Notes: generated from the letters alone by a model not told the origin. A stretch of 64,000 nucleotides of DNA from an uncultured Acidobacteriaceae bacterium (GCA_964246805.1 CAXTRY010000005.1:7472-71471); one strand, 5' to 3'. Shown: positions 30,104 through 40,550, numbered from the stretch's first letter. Program-made: numbers and translations.

Positions 30104-30631
30104 TTGAGTTTGCCGTCCATGGAGCGCGCGGGGTCGGCTATCGACCTTGCGGCTCTTGTAGAGACCTACTCCGCGCTCCTCTTCCGGGTCGCGCACTCCC
30201 TGCTGCGAAACCGCGCGGAGGCGGAGGACGTGGTGCAAGATGCCTTTATTCGCGTGCTCGAACATCGACGCGACCTGCCCGCCGTGCGCGAGATGCGCGT
30301 CTGGCTGGTAAGGATTGCATGGAACCTGGCGCTCGATCGCCGCCGCCGCATCCGGCCCGGGCAGATGGATGAGCAATTCGCCGCCGGTCTGATCTCGAAG
30401 AGCACTCCGGCGGATCAGGCGCTCGCCGAGGCGCGCCGCGTGAAGGCCGTCATGGCTGAGATCGAGCGGCTGCCCGGCAAGGAGCGGCACGTCCTGCTGC
30501 TCTCCGCCATTGAAGAGCTTGACACGGCGGAGATGGCGGCGGTGCTGGGAAGAAGCGAATCCGCCGTGCGCGCCCTACTATTTCGTGCACGAACACGGCT
30601 GCGGGAGCGGCTGGAGAAAGGAGGAGTATGA
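30104..30631 (+). CDS. ECF RNA polymerase sigma factor
   Basis: EAEDVVQDAF, WLVRIAWN and C-terminal HTH (..LFRARTRLR); start TTG 30104 or ATG 30119. Confidence 0.92.
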   Translation: MSLPSMERAGSAIDLAALVETYSALLFRVAHSLLRNRAEAEDVVQDAFIRVLEHRRDLPAVREMRVWLVRIAWNLALDRRRRIRPGQMDEQFAAGLISKSTPADQALAEARRVKAVMAEIERLPGKERHVLLLSAIEELDTAEMAAVLGRSESAVRALLFRARTRLRERLEKGGV

Positions 30632-31191
30632 GCGACATAAACGAGGAGATCGTCGACAGGGTATTGCAAGGCCTGCGCGACGCGGCATCGCCGGACGGCA
30701 TGGAGAGCCGCATCGTGAGCGCAGTTCGGCACCGCGCGGCTGCCACGCCCATCATAGCCCGCTCACCTCGGAAAACAACTTTGCTGGTAGGAAGTGCCGT
30801 GCTAGCGACCGTAGCCTGCGTGCTCTTCTTCAATGCGCGTTGGAAAACGCCGCAATCCTCCGCGACGCGCTTTCAGGCAATCCCTATGCAGACCGGGAAT
30901 GTACCGGTCACGCCATTCACGGCCGCGACGCGAAAGCCACCTAAACTGGCATTCCGAAGAGCGCGATTGGCAACCACTTCATCGCAGAGAGAAGAGGAGT
31001 CGACCCGAGTCAGTTACCCGGCTCCGCCCATGCCATTGACGGAGCAAGAGAAGCTGCTGCTACGCCTTGTTCATGAAGGTGACCCTGTACAGATCGCCAT
31101 GCTCAATCCGGTACAGCGCGATGCGCGGTATGCGGCGGAGCACGCGGACTTTACCCAGTTCTTCGAGCCTTTAGCTGAGAAGACGCAGTAA
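30628..31191 (+). CDS. putative membrane-anchored anti-sigma factor
   Basis: ATGA overlap with the sigma gene; single TM helix. Confidence 0.6.
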   Translation: MSDINEEIVDRVLQGLRDAASPDGMESRIVSAVRHRAAATPIIARSPRKTTLLVGSAVLATVACVLFFNARWKTPQSSATRFQAIPMQTGNVPVTPFTAATRKPPKLAFRRARLATTSSQREEESTRVSYPAPPMPLTEQEKLLLRLVHEGDPVQIAMLNPVQRDARYAAEHADFTQFFEPLAEKTQ

Positions 31192-31219
31192 ACACACACA
31201 TTGAATGAGGAGATTTCAG

Positions 31220-31957
31220 ATGAAACTAGCAAAGAGCATTTGCGCGGCGGCTTTCCTGCTGACTGTATGCAGTAGTGGTCTGCTGAACGCACAAACAGAG
31301 GGCAAGGCAGTGAAGCAGTCTTATAGCGTTCACACGTTCTACCTTAACAACATTAGTCAACAGAGCGAGGGAAACGAGATTGTGACGGCCGTACGTAACA
31401 TTCTTACACCGGATGCAAAAGTCTACTTTGTACCCAACCAGAATGCATTGATACTAAGCACCACCGCCGACCAACTTGAGATCGCCCAGAAGCTCCTCAA
31501 CGATCTGGACCGGCCGAAGAGGAGTTACCGGCTTACATACACGATCACCGAATCAGAAGGCGGCAAACGTATCGGCGTCCAGCACTTCGCTCTGATGGTG
31601 GTTTCAGGTCAGAGAACCGACCTGAAACAAGGCAGCAGGGTGCCGCTTGTCACGGGTTCTTATGATGCCGGGCACTCCAATGTTCAGTCGCAATTTACCT
31701 ATGTTGATGTTGGTCTAAGCTTTACGGCCACGCTGGACGAGTCGGTGAACGGCGTAAGACTTCGCACCAAAGCGGAGCAGTCCTCCATCGTCGAGGACAA
31801 GTCCAATGTTGTTCCGCAAGACCCAGTCATTCGTCAAACCGTTCTAGAAGGCACGGCAATCCTTACCCCCGGTAAACCGCTCGTTCTTGGCTCGCTCGAT
31901 ATTCCCGGCAGCACCCGGCATCAGGATGTCGAGGTAGTCATGGAAGTCGTCAAGTAA
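31220..31957 (+). CDS. short secretin-like protein (Secretin_N/NolW domain plus reduced C-terminal domain)
   Basis: Signal peptide, TFYLNN...QNALIL...LLNDLDRP, GSRVP and FTYVDVG motifs; start at ATG 31220 after GAGGAG. Confidence 0.7.
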   Translation: MKLAKSICAAAFLLTVCSSGLLNAQTEGKAVKQSYSVHTFYLNNISQQSEGNEIVTAVRNILTPDAKVYFVPNQNALILSTTADQLEIAQKLLNDLDRPKRSYRLTYTITESEGGKRIGVQHFALMVVSGQRTDLKQGSRVPLVTGSYDAGHSNVQSQFTYVDVGLSFTATLDESVNGVRLRTKAEQSSIVEDKSNVVPQDPVIRQTVLEGTAILTPGKPLVLGSLDIPGSTRHQDVEVVMEVVK

Positions 31958-31965
31958 CAATCCAG

Positions 31966-31992
31966 CGGTGTCCTGAATCAAAGGGGCACCGC
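31966..31992. terminator. hairpin between convergent genes
   Basis: GCGGTGTCCT...GGGGCACCGC inverted repeat. Confidence 0.55.
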
Positions 31993-33383
31993 TAATATGC
32001 GCCCTCGCCGCCGCTCGCCAGGTTCTCGAACCGCGTGTAGTCCGCCAAATACGCCAGGTGGACGCTGCCCGTCGGGCCGTTGCGCTGCTTGGCGATGATG
32101 ATCTCGGCCTTGCCTTTCAGGTCTTCGTTCTCGCGGTCGTAGTACTCCTCGCGGTGGATGAAGCAGACCACGTCGGCGTCCTGCTCGATCGAGCCCGACT
32201 CGCGCAGGTCGCTGAGCAGCGGCTTTTTATCGCCGCCGCGCTGCTCGCTGGCGCGCGAAAGCTGCGAGAGCGCGACCACCGGCACCTTCATCTCTTTTGC
32301 CAAGGCCTTCAGCCCGCGGGAGATGGCCGACACCTCCTGCGTCCGGTTCTCGAATCCCTTCTGCGAGCCGGTCGAGCCGGTCATCAGCTGCAGATAGTCG
32401 ATCACGATCATGTCGAGCTGGCCGTGCTGCTGCTTCAGCCGCCGCGCCTTGGCCCGCATCTCGGCCAGCGTGATGCCGGGCGTGTCGTCGATGAACATCT
32501 TCGACTCCATCAGCCGTTCAAGCGCGGCGACCAGCTTGCCCCGATCGTCGCGCATCAGCATCCCGGTCTGGATGGCCTTTGAGTTGACCAGCGCCTGCGA
32601 CGCCAGCATACGGCGCAGCAGGCTAGCCTTCGACATCTCGAGCGAGAAGACGGCGACCACCTTGCCCCCCCGGACGGCTGCGTTCTCGGCGATATTGATC
32701 GCCCAGGCCGTCTTGCCCATTGAAGGCCGCGCGGCGATGATGATGAGCTCCGAATCCTGCAGCCCGCTCGTCATGCGGTCGAACTCCGTGTAGTGCGTCG
32801 CCAGGCCGGTGACCTCGCGGCCCTGCGCGTAGAGTTCGTCGATCGAGCCGAAGGAGTCTTTGACGATGGCCGCGATGTCGGAGAAGCCGCCGGTAACGGC
32901 GTGTTCGGAGATCTCGACCAGCCGTTGGCTAACAGTGTTGAGCACGTCGAGCGCTTGACGGCTCTGGTCCGCCGCCTCCATCATGCCGCCGTCGCAGACC
33001 GTCATCAGCTGCCGCATCAGGCTCTTATCGCGCACGATCCGGACGTAGCTTTCAATGCTCAGCTTGCGCGGCAGACCTTCGCTTAGCGACGCCAGATACG
33101 CCACGCCTCCGACAGAGTCGAGTTCCTTCTTACGGCGAAGTTCCTCCGATACCGTGACAATGTCGACCGCGTGGCCCAGCTCGGTCAGCGTGAGCATGGT
33201 GGCGTAGATGCGGCGGTGCGAGTCGAGCGCGAAGTCGTCGGCGCGCAGCAGCATGGTCGCGTCGACTATGGCCACCGGCTCGACCATCATGCCGCCGAGG
33301 ATCGTCATCTCGGCGTGCGCGGAAAAAGGCCGTTCGTTGTCGTCAGGAGCAGCTGCTGCGGCGAAGGGATAAACTGTTGCCAT
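31992..33383 (-). CDS. dnaB: replicative DNA helicase
   Basis: ARPSMGKT, IDYLQLM, SDLRESGSIEQDAD and KQRNGPTG motifs. Confidence 0.97.
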   Translation of the reverse strand: MATVYPFAAAAAPDDNERPFSAHAEMTILGGMMVEPVAIVDATMLLRADDFALDSHRRIYATMLTLTELGHAVDIVTVSEELRRKKELDSVGGVAYLASLSEGLPRKLSIESYVRIVRDKSLMRQLMTVCDGGMMEAADQSRQALDVLNTVSQRLVEISEHAVTGGFSDIAAIVKDSFGSIDELYAQGREVTGLATHYTEFDRMTSGLQDSELIIIAARPSMGKTAWAINIAENAAVRGGKVVAVFSLEMSKASLLRRMLASQALVNSKAIQTGMLMRDDRGKLVAALERLMESKMFIDDTPGITLAEMRAKARRLKQQHGQLDMIVIDYLQLMTGSTGSQKGFENRTQEVSAISRGLKALAKEMKVPVVALSQLSRASEQRGGDKKPLLSDLRESGSIEQDADVVCFIHREEYYDRENEDLKGKAEIIIAKQRNGPTGSVHLAYLADYTRFENLASGGEGAY

Positions 33384-33534
33384 CGACTTTGGACACTACC
33401 GAGCAAGGGCTTGTTGATGCGAAGTGGCGCGGTTGATACCGTGTAAAACAGGCCTTGAACTCATCTTAGGCAATCTGGTTGTGGTAAACGGATTTGTTTA
33501 GAACGAGAACGCCGAAAGCTAACAGGAGCAACTC

Positions 33535-33834
33535 ATGGGAGCCGAAAAAAACCTCGCCATTCCGCCCGCGGCACAGCGCGATAAAGCCTCGTTTGAGGTG
33601 ATGCGCGTCTGGATCGCCGAGAAGGGGCAACACGTCTCCATCCAGACGGGCGCATGGGACGATCCGTTTGCCTGGGGAATCGTGCTCGCCGACCTTGCCC
33701 GTCACATCGCCAACGCCGATCAGATTCAGAACAAGAAAGCCGATTCCGACGCCTTCCTCGCGCGCTTGCTCGAAGGCTTTCAGGCTGAGATCGACGACCC
33801 TACCGATGAACCGGAGGGCGAGGTGACGCAGTAG
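33535..33834 (+). CDS. DUF5076-like small protein
   Basis: EVMRVWIA...WGIVLADLARHIANA; RBS AGGAG. Confidence 0.75.
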   Translation: MGAEKNLAIPPAAQRDKASFEVMRVWIAEKGQHVSIQTGAWDDPFAWGIVLADLARHIANADQIQNKKADSDAFLARLLEGFQAEIDDPTDEPEGEVTQ

Positions 33835-34524
33835 CTACTTGCGGCGATATTCGATAAACAGCTCTGGAAACTGTGCCTTTAGAGCCGCGGTCTTCGGCAC
33901 ATCGCAGACCTGAATGTATGGATTGCCGGGGTTCTTGACCGCGTAATCCTGGTGATACGCTTCGCCATCGTAGAACGCCTTCAACGGCACCAACTCCGTG
34001 ACGATCTTGCGCGGAAAGGCCTTCGCGGAGTCCAGCTGCGCGATATAGGCCGCGGCGACCTTCTGCTGCTCCGGTGTCGTATAGAAGACCGCCGAACGAT
34101 ACGATGTGCCCACATCCGGCCCCTGCCGGTTTAGCTGCGTAGGATCATGCACGACCGAGAAGAATATCCGCAGTAGGGTCCCGTAGCTTACTTTCGCCGG
34201 GTCGAAGACGACCTTCACCGCCTCCGCATGGCCTGTATTTTCACCCGAGACCTGCTCGTAAGTCGCTGTCGAAGCCGCACCACCCGAGTAGCCCGCGGTG
34301 GTCGCGGTCACGCCTTTTACCTGCTGGTAGACCGTCTGTACGCCCCAGAAGCAGCCGCCCGCAAAAACCGCCGTCTCGCTGTGCGTATGGATTGGCTCAT
34401 CCATTGTGGGAGCCGGTAGCGGCTCTTTTCTTACTTCGGCTCCAAATGCCATGGATCGGATCCCCCAAAATACCCCTGCGACGACGAGCACACACAAGCC
34501 AAGGACCATCTGTCGCATACTCAT
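33835..34524 (-). CDS. msrA: peptide methionine sulfoxide reductase A, exported
   Basis: GGCFWG, GHAE, QGPDVGTSYRS and YHQDY motifs; N-terminal signal or anchor. Confidence 0.93.
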   Translation of the reverse strand: MSMRQMVLGLCVLVVAGVFWGIRSMAFGAEVRKEPLPAPTMDEPIHTHSETAVFAGGCFWGVQTVYQQVKGVTATTAGYSGGAASTATYEQVSGENTGHAEAVKVVFDPAKVSYGTLLRIFFSVVHDPTQLNRQGPDVGTSYRSAVFYTTPEQQKVAAAYIAQLDSAKAFPRKIVTELVPLKAFYDGEAYHQDYAVKNPGNPYIQVCDVPKTAALKAQFPELFIEYRRK

Positions 34525-34605
34525 TATTTTTAGACGCAGAACTTGCTTGCAAGATACAAGCCATGGCGTATTCTTTACGAAGATAAGGCGAAAGCAAAAC
34601 GGCTT

Positions 34606-35952
34606 ATGCAAAGCTCACGCTCCATGGAACGTCCAAACCAACCCGATCGCCTCAGCTTCCTGCACATCGACCTCAATAGCTTCTTTGCCTCGGTCGAGCA
34701 GCAGCTTCATCCCGAATATCGGGACCGTCCGCTTGCCGTCGTGCCTACGATGACCGACACAACCTGTTGCATCGCGGCCAGTTACGAAGCCAAAGCGCTC
34801 GGTATCGTCACCGGCACCCAGGTAGGCGAGGCTAAACGAATTTGCCCGGATATTGTCCTTATTGAGGGTAATCACACGGAGTACTCCAAATATTCAGCGC
34901 GTATTGCGGATGCGGTGGAGCGCTGCTGCCCGGTTGCCCATACCCCTTCCATCGATGAGGTAGTCTGCCAGCTGATCGGTCGCGAGCAGGAGCCCCCGCG
35001 TGCGCGAGCCATCGCGCTGGCCATTAAGCAGGCCATTCGCGACGACGTGGGCGGGACGTTGCGCTGCTCCATCGGCATGGCCCCCAATCGGTATCTTGCG
35101 AAGATCGCCAGCGATATGCAGAAGCCGGACGGGCTGATCGGGCTATTGCCGTCGCAGCTTCCTCGCGCCATTGCGCACCTGGATTTGCGCGCTCTTCCCG
35201 GTGTCGGCGCGCGGATGGAGAAGCGGCTGAACGCCAAGGGCATCACCACCATGGAGCAGCTGCTTGCCTTGGATCGGACCGGGATGCACAAGCTATGGGA
35301 TAGTGTCTGGGGTGACCGGATGTACCACTGGCTGCGCGGCGGAGATACCGGAGACGACGGCGCGCCCGTCCCTTCCGACATTCAGAAGTCCCTCGGCCAC
35401 TCGCACGTCCTGGGGCCGGAGTTCCGCTCCGACGAAGGTTCCTGGGCGGTCGCGCATAAGCTGTTGCACAAGGCGGCCATGCGGCTGCGGATGGAGAAGT
35501 TCTACACGGCGTCCATGTCCTTGACTGTCCGCTATGCCCTTAATCGCGCACAGGTTGCTCGCATGGGGGGCCGCAAGACGAAAAAGCATACCAGCGGCAT
35601 TATGCATCTGGGCTGGCGCATGGAGACTCGCTTCGCCGATGCGCAGGACACGCTTACGCTGCTGCAGATGTTGCAAACCGGATGGAAGCAGCGGCCGCGC
35701 GGACCGGAGTACGAGAAGCCTTTCTTTGTCGCCATTACCATGGGGGATCTGACCCGTGAGGAGGAGCACCAGGAGACGCTCTTCGGCGATCCCGACCGCC
35801 GCTCCGAACTCTCACGCACGATGGACAAGCTCAACCTGAAGTTTGGCCATGCCACGCTGCACTTCGCCGGGATGCTGCCCGCCCGCGAGGCCGCGCCTAC
35901 GCGCATCTCCTTTACGCAAATTCCCGTTAAGTACGGCGTCGACTACATGTAA
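34606..35952 (+). CDS. dinB: Y-family DNA polymerase (DinB/Pol IV-like)
   Basis: HIDLNSFFASVE, ASYEAK, SIDE and AKIASDMQKPDG motifs. Confidence 0.9.
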   Translation: MQSSRSMERPNQPDRLSFLHIDLNSFFASVEQQLHPEYRDRPLAVVPTMTDTTCCIAASYEAKALGIVTGTQVGEAKRICPDIVLIEGNHTEYSKYSARIADAVERCCPVAHTPSIDEVVCQLIGREQEPPRARAIALAIKQAIRDDVGGTLRCSIGMAPNRYLAKIASDMQKPDGLIGLLPSQLPRAIAHLDLRALPGVGARMEKRLNAKGITTMEQLLALDRTGMHKLWDSVWGDRMYHWLRGGDTGDDGAPVPSDIQKSLGHSHVLGPEFRSDEGSWAVAHKLLHKAAMRLRMEKFYTASMSLTVRYALNRAQVARMGGRKTKKHTSGIMHLGWRMETRFADAQDTLTLLQMLQTGWKQRPRGPEYEKPFFVAITMGDLTREEEHQETLFGDPDRRSELSRTMDKLNLKFGHATLHFAGMLPAREAAPTRISFTQIPVKYGVDYM

Positions 35953-36058
35953 CCGCGCATGACATCTGTCACGCCGATCGGTGACAGATGCTCCTTCTTG
36001 CGGCGCTCCGCGAAGCCCATGATGGTTCTCGTAGCTGGAACACAGGAGGAGACCGACA

Positions 36059-37012
36059 ATGGCCACCACGATGTACTTCGAAGAGACCGCCTCCGCGATA
36101 ACGTCGCGGAAGATCCCACCCCAAACCCAAACTGCCGCTTCACTCGCCGCCGTCACCAAAAAGTACGGCGCAACCATTGCCCTCGACGGCCTAAGCCTCG
36201 ATCTTTATCCCGGTGAGATCGTCGCGCTGCTCGGTCCCAACGGCGCGGGAAAATCAACCGCCGTCCGCTTGATGCTCGGCCTCGCCGCGCCTACCGCCGG
36301 CAACGTCCGCGTCTTCGGCAGCGACCCCCGGAGCGCCGCTACCCGCGGCCGGGTCGGGGCGATGCTCCAGGTGGGCAGCATTCCCAAGATGCTTAAGGTA
36401 CGCGAGCACATCGATCTCTTCCGCAGCTACTACCCCGCGCCGCTTCCGGTGGCCGAGATCGTCCGCATCGCGCAGCTGCAGGGCATTGAAGAAAAGCTCT
36501 ATGAGCACTTGAGCGGTGGGCAGCGTCAGCGCCTCCTTTTTGGGCTGGCGCTCTGCGGCGACCCCGATCTGGTCTTTCTCGATGAGCCGACCGTCGGGAT
36601 GGACATCGAAGCCCGGAGGGGACTTTGGACGCAGATCCGCACGCTCGCCGACCGCGGCAAGACGGTCCTGCTGACGACGCACTATTTAGAAGAGGCTGAT
36701 GCCCTGGCCGACCGCATCATCGTCATCGACAAAGGGCGCGTCGTCGCCGAAGGCACCCCGGCTGAGATCAAGAGCCAGAGCGCGGGCCGCACGATCCGCT
36801 GCGTCACCCAGCTCTCGTCCACCTTCCTTTGGCGGCTTCCATCCGTCACCGCTGTCGAGCAGACGCGCGGCCTCACCGTCGTCACCGCGATGGCGGCCGA
36901 GACCGTCCTGCGCGCCATGCTGCTTGAAGACCCTACGCTCAGCGGCCTCGAAGTCGCCAGCCCCGCGCTTGAAGATGCCTTCCTCGCGCTCACCTCGTCG
37001 GTCACCAACTAA
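36059..37012 (+). CDS. ABC exporter ATP-binding protein
   Basis: GPNGAGKST, LSGGQ and FLDEPT motifs. Confidence 0.95.
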   Translation: MATTMYFEETASAITSRKIPPQTQTAASLAAVTKKYGATIALDGLSLDLYPGEIVALLGPNGAGKSTAVRLMLGLAAPTAGNVRVFGSDPRSAATRGRVGAMLQVGSIPKMLKVREHIDLFRSYYPAPLPVAEIVRIAQLQGIEEKLYEHLSGGQRQRLLFGLALCGDPDLVFLDEPTVGMDIEARRGLWTQIRTLADRGKTVLLTTHYLEEADALADRIIVIDKGRVVAEGTPAEIKSQSAGRTIRCVTQLSSTFLWRLPSVTAVEQTRGLTVVTAMAAETVLRAMLLEDPTLSGLEVASPALEDAFLALTSSVTN

Positions 37013-37036
37013 CCGCCGCACTTACAAGGAGACATC

Positions 37037-37834
37037 ATGGCCACCGCGTTCGCATCCCTTCCCGTTCGCCGCTCCGCTCCGGCGCTGCCCATCTACCTCA
37101 AAGAGACCAAGTACGAATTCCTCAAGCTTCTTCGCACCCGCTCGTTCTCGCTCTCCGTGATCGGCTTCCCCGTCATGTTTTATATCCTCTTCGGCGTCGT
37201 CAACCGCAATGCTTTTGAGTCGGACGGATTCAGCGTCGCCAAGGCGATGCTGGGAGGCTACGCCTGCTTCGGCACCATCGGCGCGGCGCTCTTCGGCATC
37301 GGCGTCGGCATGGCGAGTGAACGCGCCATGGGATGGCTGGAGCTCAAGCGCGCCAGTCCCATGCCGGTTGCGGCCTACCTATTCAGCAAGTGCATGACGG
37401 CTGTCGCGTTTGGGCTGCTGATCGTCTCCATCCTGATCGTCATCGGCATTGCCTTCGCCCAAGTCTCGATTACTCCCGTCCAGATCGTCGAGATGCTCGG
37501 CATGACCGCCGCCGGAGCCGTGGCCTTCGCCAGCATGGGTCTGCTGCTCGCATTGCTTGTACCCGCGAACGCCGCGCCCGGCGTCGTCAATCTCATTTAT
37601 CTGCCGATGTCGTTTATGAGCGGTCTTTGGATACCGGTCCGCTACCTGCCGCATCTGCTGCAAAAGATCGCCGTTTTTCTGCCTACGTACCACTTCGCGC
37701 AACTGATGCTCAGCATCTTCGGCTACCGCGACCATATCTCCCTGGCCATCCACTGGGCTGGTCTGATCGGCTTCGCGCTGTTGATGCTAGGCGTAAGCTG
37801 GGTCGTCTTCCAGCGGCAAGAGAACGCGGCGTAA
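37037..37834 (+). CDS. ABC-2 type permease
   Basis: Six TM segments, FMSGLWIP motif; follows the ATPase gene. Confidence 0.9.
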   Translation: MATAFASLPVRRSAPALPIYLKETKYEFLKLLRTRSFSLSVIGFPVMFYILFGVVNRNAFESDGFSVAKAMLGGYACFGTIGAALFGIGVGMASERAMGWLELKRASPMPVAAYLFSKCMTAVAFGLLIVSILIVIGIAFAQVSITPVQIVEMLGMTAAGAVAFASMGLLLALLVPANAAPGVVNLIYLPMSFMSGLWIPVRYLPHLLQKIAVFLPTYHFAQLMLSIFGYRDHISLAIHWAGLIGFALLMLGVSWVVFQRQENAA

Positions 37835-37852
37835 CCGCGGCCGGAGGTACAC

Positions 37853-39019
37853 TTGCAACCACACCCCATGCAATGCGCCGACGCCAACACGACCGCTGCA
37901 AAGGAGCCGAAGAGCCAGACCAGCCAGGTGTGGAGCTACATCTGGCTGGCCTACTCCGGCTTCTATTTCATTGAGCCCGTGCTGCGGCGCGATCTTCGCT
38001 ATTGGTTGGAAACTGTCTGCGTCTACGGCATCTTCCTGGTGATCTACTTTGCCCTGAATAAAGCCGCCACGAGGCGAAACCAGTTCGGTCTTCTCGCCGC
38101 GATGCTTCTGCTCGGCATTCTCGATTATCCAAGAAACGAAGGGGCTTCCAGCTTCTTTATCTATGTGGCCGGCTACTTGCCGTTCTTTATCGATCGTATG
38201 GGGACGGTTTTAGGGCTGATCGTTGCGGATGCTCTTCTGCTGTTTGTCGATGGATGGTGGCTGATCGAGCACCCCATTTGGCGCGATCATGAGCGCGGCC
38301 CGATCAACCTGGCAATCAGTGTCTTCTTCGTCACCGTCGTGGGCGTCAGCAACCTGGTCGTCGCCGAAGGGAAGCGCTCCGACCGCAAACTCCGCCGCGC
38401 CGAGCGGGAGATCGTCGAGCTTGCCGCCGTGGCCGAGCGCGAACGCATTGCCCGCGACCTTCACGATGTTCTCGGCCACACACTCTCGGTCATTGTCCTG
38501 AAAGCTGAGCTTGCCGGGCGCTTGCTTGCGGGCGAACCAGCCCATGATCCCGCCCGAGCCGCCGCCGAGATCGCTGATGTCGAACGCACCGCCCGCACTG
38601 CGCTCGCCGAGGTCCGCGAAGCCATCGGCGGCTATCGCACCCAGGGTCTCGCCGCCGAACTCAGCCTGGCTCGCCGGGCGCTCGACGCTGCTGGAGTCGC
38701 CCTCACGCTCTCCGACATCGAGCCTTCCCTTTCTCTCAACCCCGAAGCCCAAACCGTCCTTTCCCTTACCCTTCGCGAGGCCGTCACCAACATCGTTCGC
38801 CACGCGCACGCTACCCACTGCCGGGTCAGCGTCACCAGTGAGCAAGGCCAACTCGCCCTTACGGTAGAAGACGACGGCCGCCATCCCGCGCCCCGCGAAG
38901 GCAACGGTCTACGCGGGATGCGTGAACGCGTCCAACGCATCGGCGGCCGCTTCTCGCTCGATACCGTCGAAGGAACTCGCGTCCGCGTCGAATTGCCGGC
39001 TGTAACGGGAGCCAGCTAG
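37853..39019 (+). CDS. DesK/YvfT-like sensor histidine kinase (HisKA_3)
   Basis: ERERIARDLHDVLGH, EAVTNIVRHA and GNGLRGMRER motifs. Confidence 0.93.
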   Translation: MQPHPMQCADANTTAAKEPKSQTSQVWSYIWLAYSGFYFIEPVLRRDLRYWLETVCVYGIFLVIYFALNKAATRRNQFGLLAAMLLLGILDYPRNEGASSFFIYVAGYLPFFIDRMGTVLGLIVADALLLFVDGWWLIEHPIWRDHERGPINLAISVFFVTVVGVSNLVVAEGKRSDRKLRRAEREIVELAAVAERERIARDLHDVLGHTLSVIVLKAELAGRLLAGEPAHDPARAAAEIADVERTARTALAEVREAIGGYRTQGLAAELSLARRALDAAGVALTLSDIEPSLSLNPEAQTVLSLTLREAVTNIVRHAHATHCRVSVTSEQGQLALTVEDDGRHPAPREGNGLRGMRERVQRIGGRFSLDTVEGTRVRVELPAVTGAS

Positions 39020-39630
39020 TGCCGCCTATCCGGGTTGTCCTCGCCGAAGATCAAGTCATGGTCCTCGGCGCGCTGGCCGCTCTGCTCGACCTCGAAGCCG
39101 ACCTCACCGTCGTCGCCACCGCCCCCGACGGCCGCGAAGCGCTCTCTGCCGTCCGCAAACTCGCTCCCGATGTGCTCGTCACCGACATCGAAATGCCGAA
39201 GCTCACCGGCCTCGAATTAGCCGCTGAACTGACTCGCAGCCACCCGAAGACGCGCACCGTGATCCTTACCACCTTCGCCCGGCCGGGTTATCTGCGCCGC
39301 GCCATGGACGCCGGTGCCCACGGCTATCTGCTCAAAGACCGCCCCGCCGCCGAGCTTGCCGACGCCGTTCGTCGCGTCCATCGCGGCCTGCGCGTGGTCG
39401 ACCCCGCGCTTGCGGCGGAGGCCTGGAACGTCGAGACCGACCCCCTCACCGATCGGGAGCGTCAGATTCTCCAGCGCGCCGGCGATGGCCGCACCTCGGT
39501 TGAAATCGCCACCGACCTCCGTCTGTCCGAAGGCACTATCCGCAATAATCTTTCCGAGATCATTAGCAAACTCGGCGCGGTCAACCGCATCGACGCCGCC
39601 CGCATCGCCCGTGCCAAGGGCTGGCTCTAG
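39019..39630 (+). CDS. DesR/NarL-family response regulator
   Basis: REC domain (DIEMP) plus LuxR-type HTH. Confidence 0.93.
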   Translation: MPPIRVVLAEDQVMVLGALAALLDLEADLTVVATAPDGREALSAVRKLAPDVLVTDIEMPKLTGLELAAELTRSHPKTRTVILTTFARPGYLRRAMDAGAHGYLLKDRPAAELADAVRRVHRGLRVVDPALAAEAWNVETDPLTDRERQILQRAGDGRTSVEIATDLRLSEGTIRNNLSEIISKLGAVNRIDAARIARAKGWL

Positions 39631-39830
39631 CGTATGCCTTGCTGCGAAACGACACGTAGTCAGCACAAAGAGATTCAAATGGGGTACGGTATGCTCTAGC
39701 AGTGACAAATGCCGGTGGCATACGATTGGATGTATATTAGCCGCAATTCGGCGGAAGTTTATTCGACTAACGCAAACACTTCAGAAATGCTCGGTTTATA
39801 CACTAATGTAATAAGCGTGGGATAAAAGTC

Positions 39831-40550
39831 ATGTTCAAGCAAAAACTGTCCGCAGCAATCACAGCAGCTTCATTTGCCTTTCTTTCGGCAATTCATGCGC
39901 AACAAGTCCCTGATGCTCAAGCCTCTACGCCAGAGCTTCGCGCATTGGAGTCGCATCGATATGAAAATTTTGCTTATCTAACTCCTTTTTCTGCTCTGCT
40001 GTCTATGCCTCAGAATCAATCGAATGCTATAACTGTCGTATCGCGCACCAACGGTATACACGGTAGAGTAGGTGGTGCTTCGACTGACCATGACGCATGG
40101 ATGCATGAGCTAGTCGCTAACTCGTCTCTAGTGGTCGTGGGACGCCCTGTTGATCGAATATCTTCCATAACAGCACAACAAACATTCGTCTTTTCCGATT
40201 ACGACTTTCAGGTTGAGGCTGTGATAAAAGACTCAATGGAGCATGTGTCTAAAACGGCTCAAATAGTAGTGACTAGGGCTGGTGGGGAGATGCAGTGGAA
40301 TGGCAAATCGATCAGGGCAATCGTTCCCGAGTTCCAGATGCTACGGCTAGGAGAACGCTATCTTATGTTTCTGACAAGAATCCCAGAAACCGGAACCTAT
40401 AAAGTTGACGAAGATCGCGCTTTTTTGCTCAGAGGGAGCAACATCATACCCGCTAAAACTAACCCTTCACATCTTCTAAAAGATACGCAAGAGGCGGATT
40501 TTATTTTCAAGGTGCGTGGATTTGCTGCAAGCGAGGCACACCCAAAATGA
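39831..40550 (+). CDS. secreted protein with a TIMP/OB-fold-like motif pattern
   Basis: Signal peptide; SSLVVVG...YDFQVEAVIK...VTRAGG...GERYLMFL; AT-richer than flanks. Confidence 0.6.
   Translation: MFKQKLSAAITAASFAFLSAIHAQQVPDAQASTPELRALESHRYENFAYLTPFSALLSMPQNQSNAITVVSRTNGIHGRVGGASTDHDAWMHELVANSSLVVVGRPVDRISSITAQQTFVFSDYDFQVEAVIKDSMEHVSKTAQIVVTRAGGEMQWNGKSIRAIVPEFQMLRLGERYLMFLTRIPETGTYKVDEDRAFLLRGSNIIPAKTNPSHLLKDTQEADFIFKVRGFAASEAHPK

Noticed and set aside
36059-39630. ABC exporter plus two-component system as the RiPP export or immunity module
   Set aside because: It lies more than 10 kb away and matches the common self-contained YvfRS/YvfTU (DesKR-like) unit; nothing links it to the cluster.
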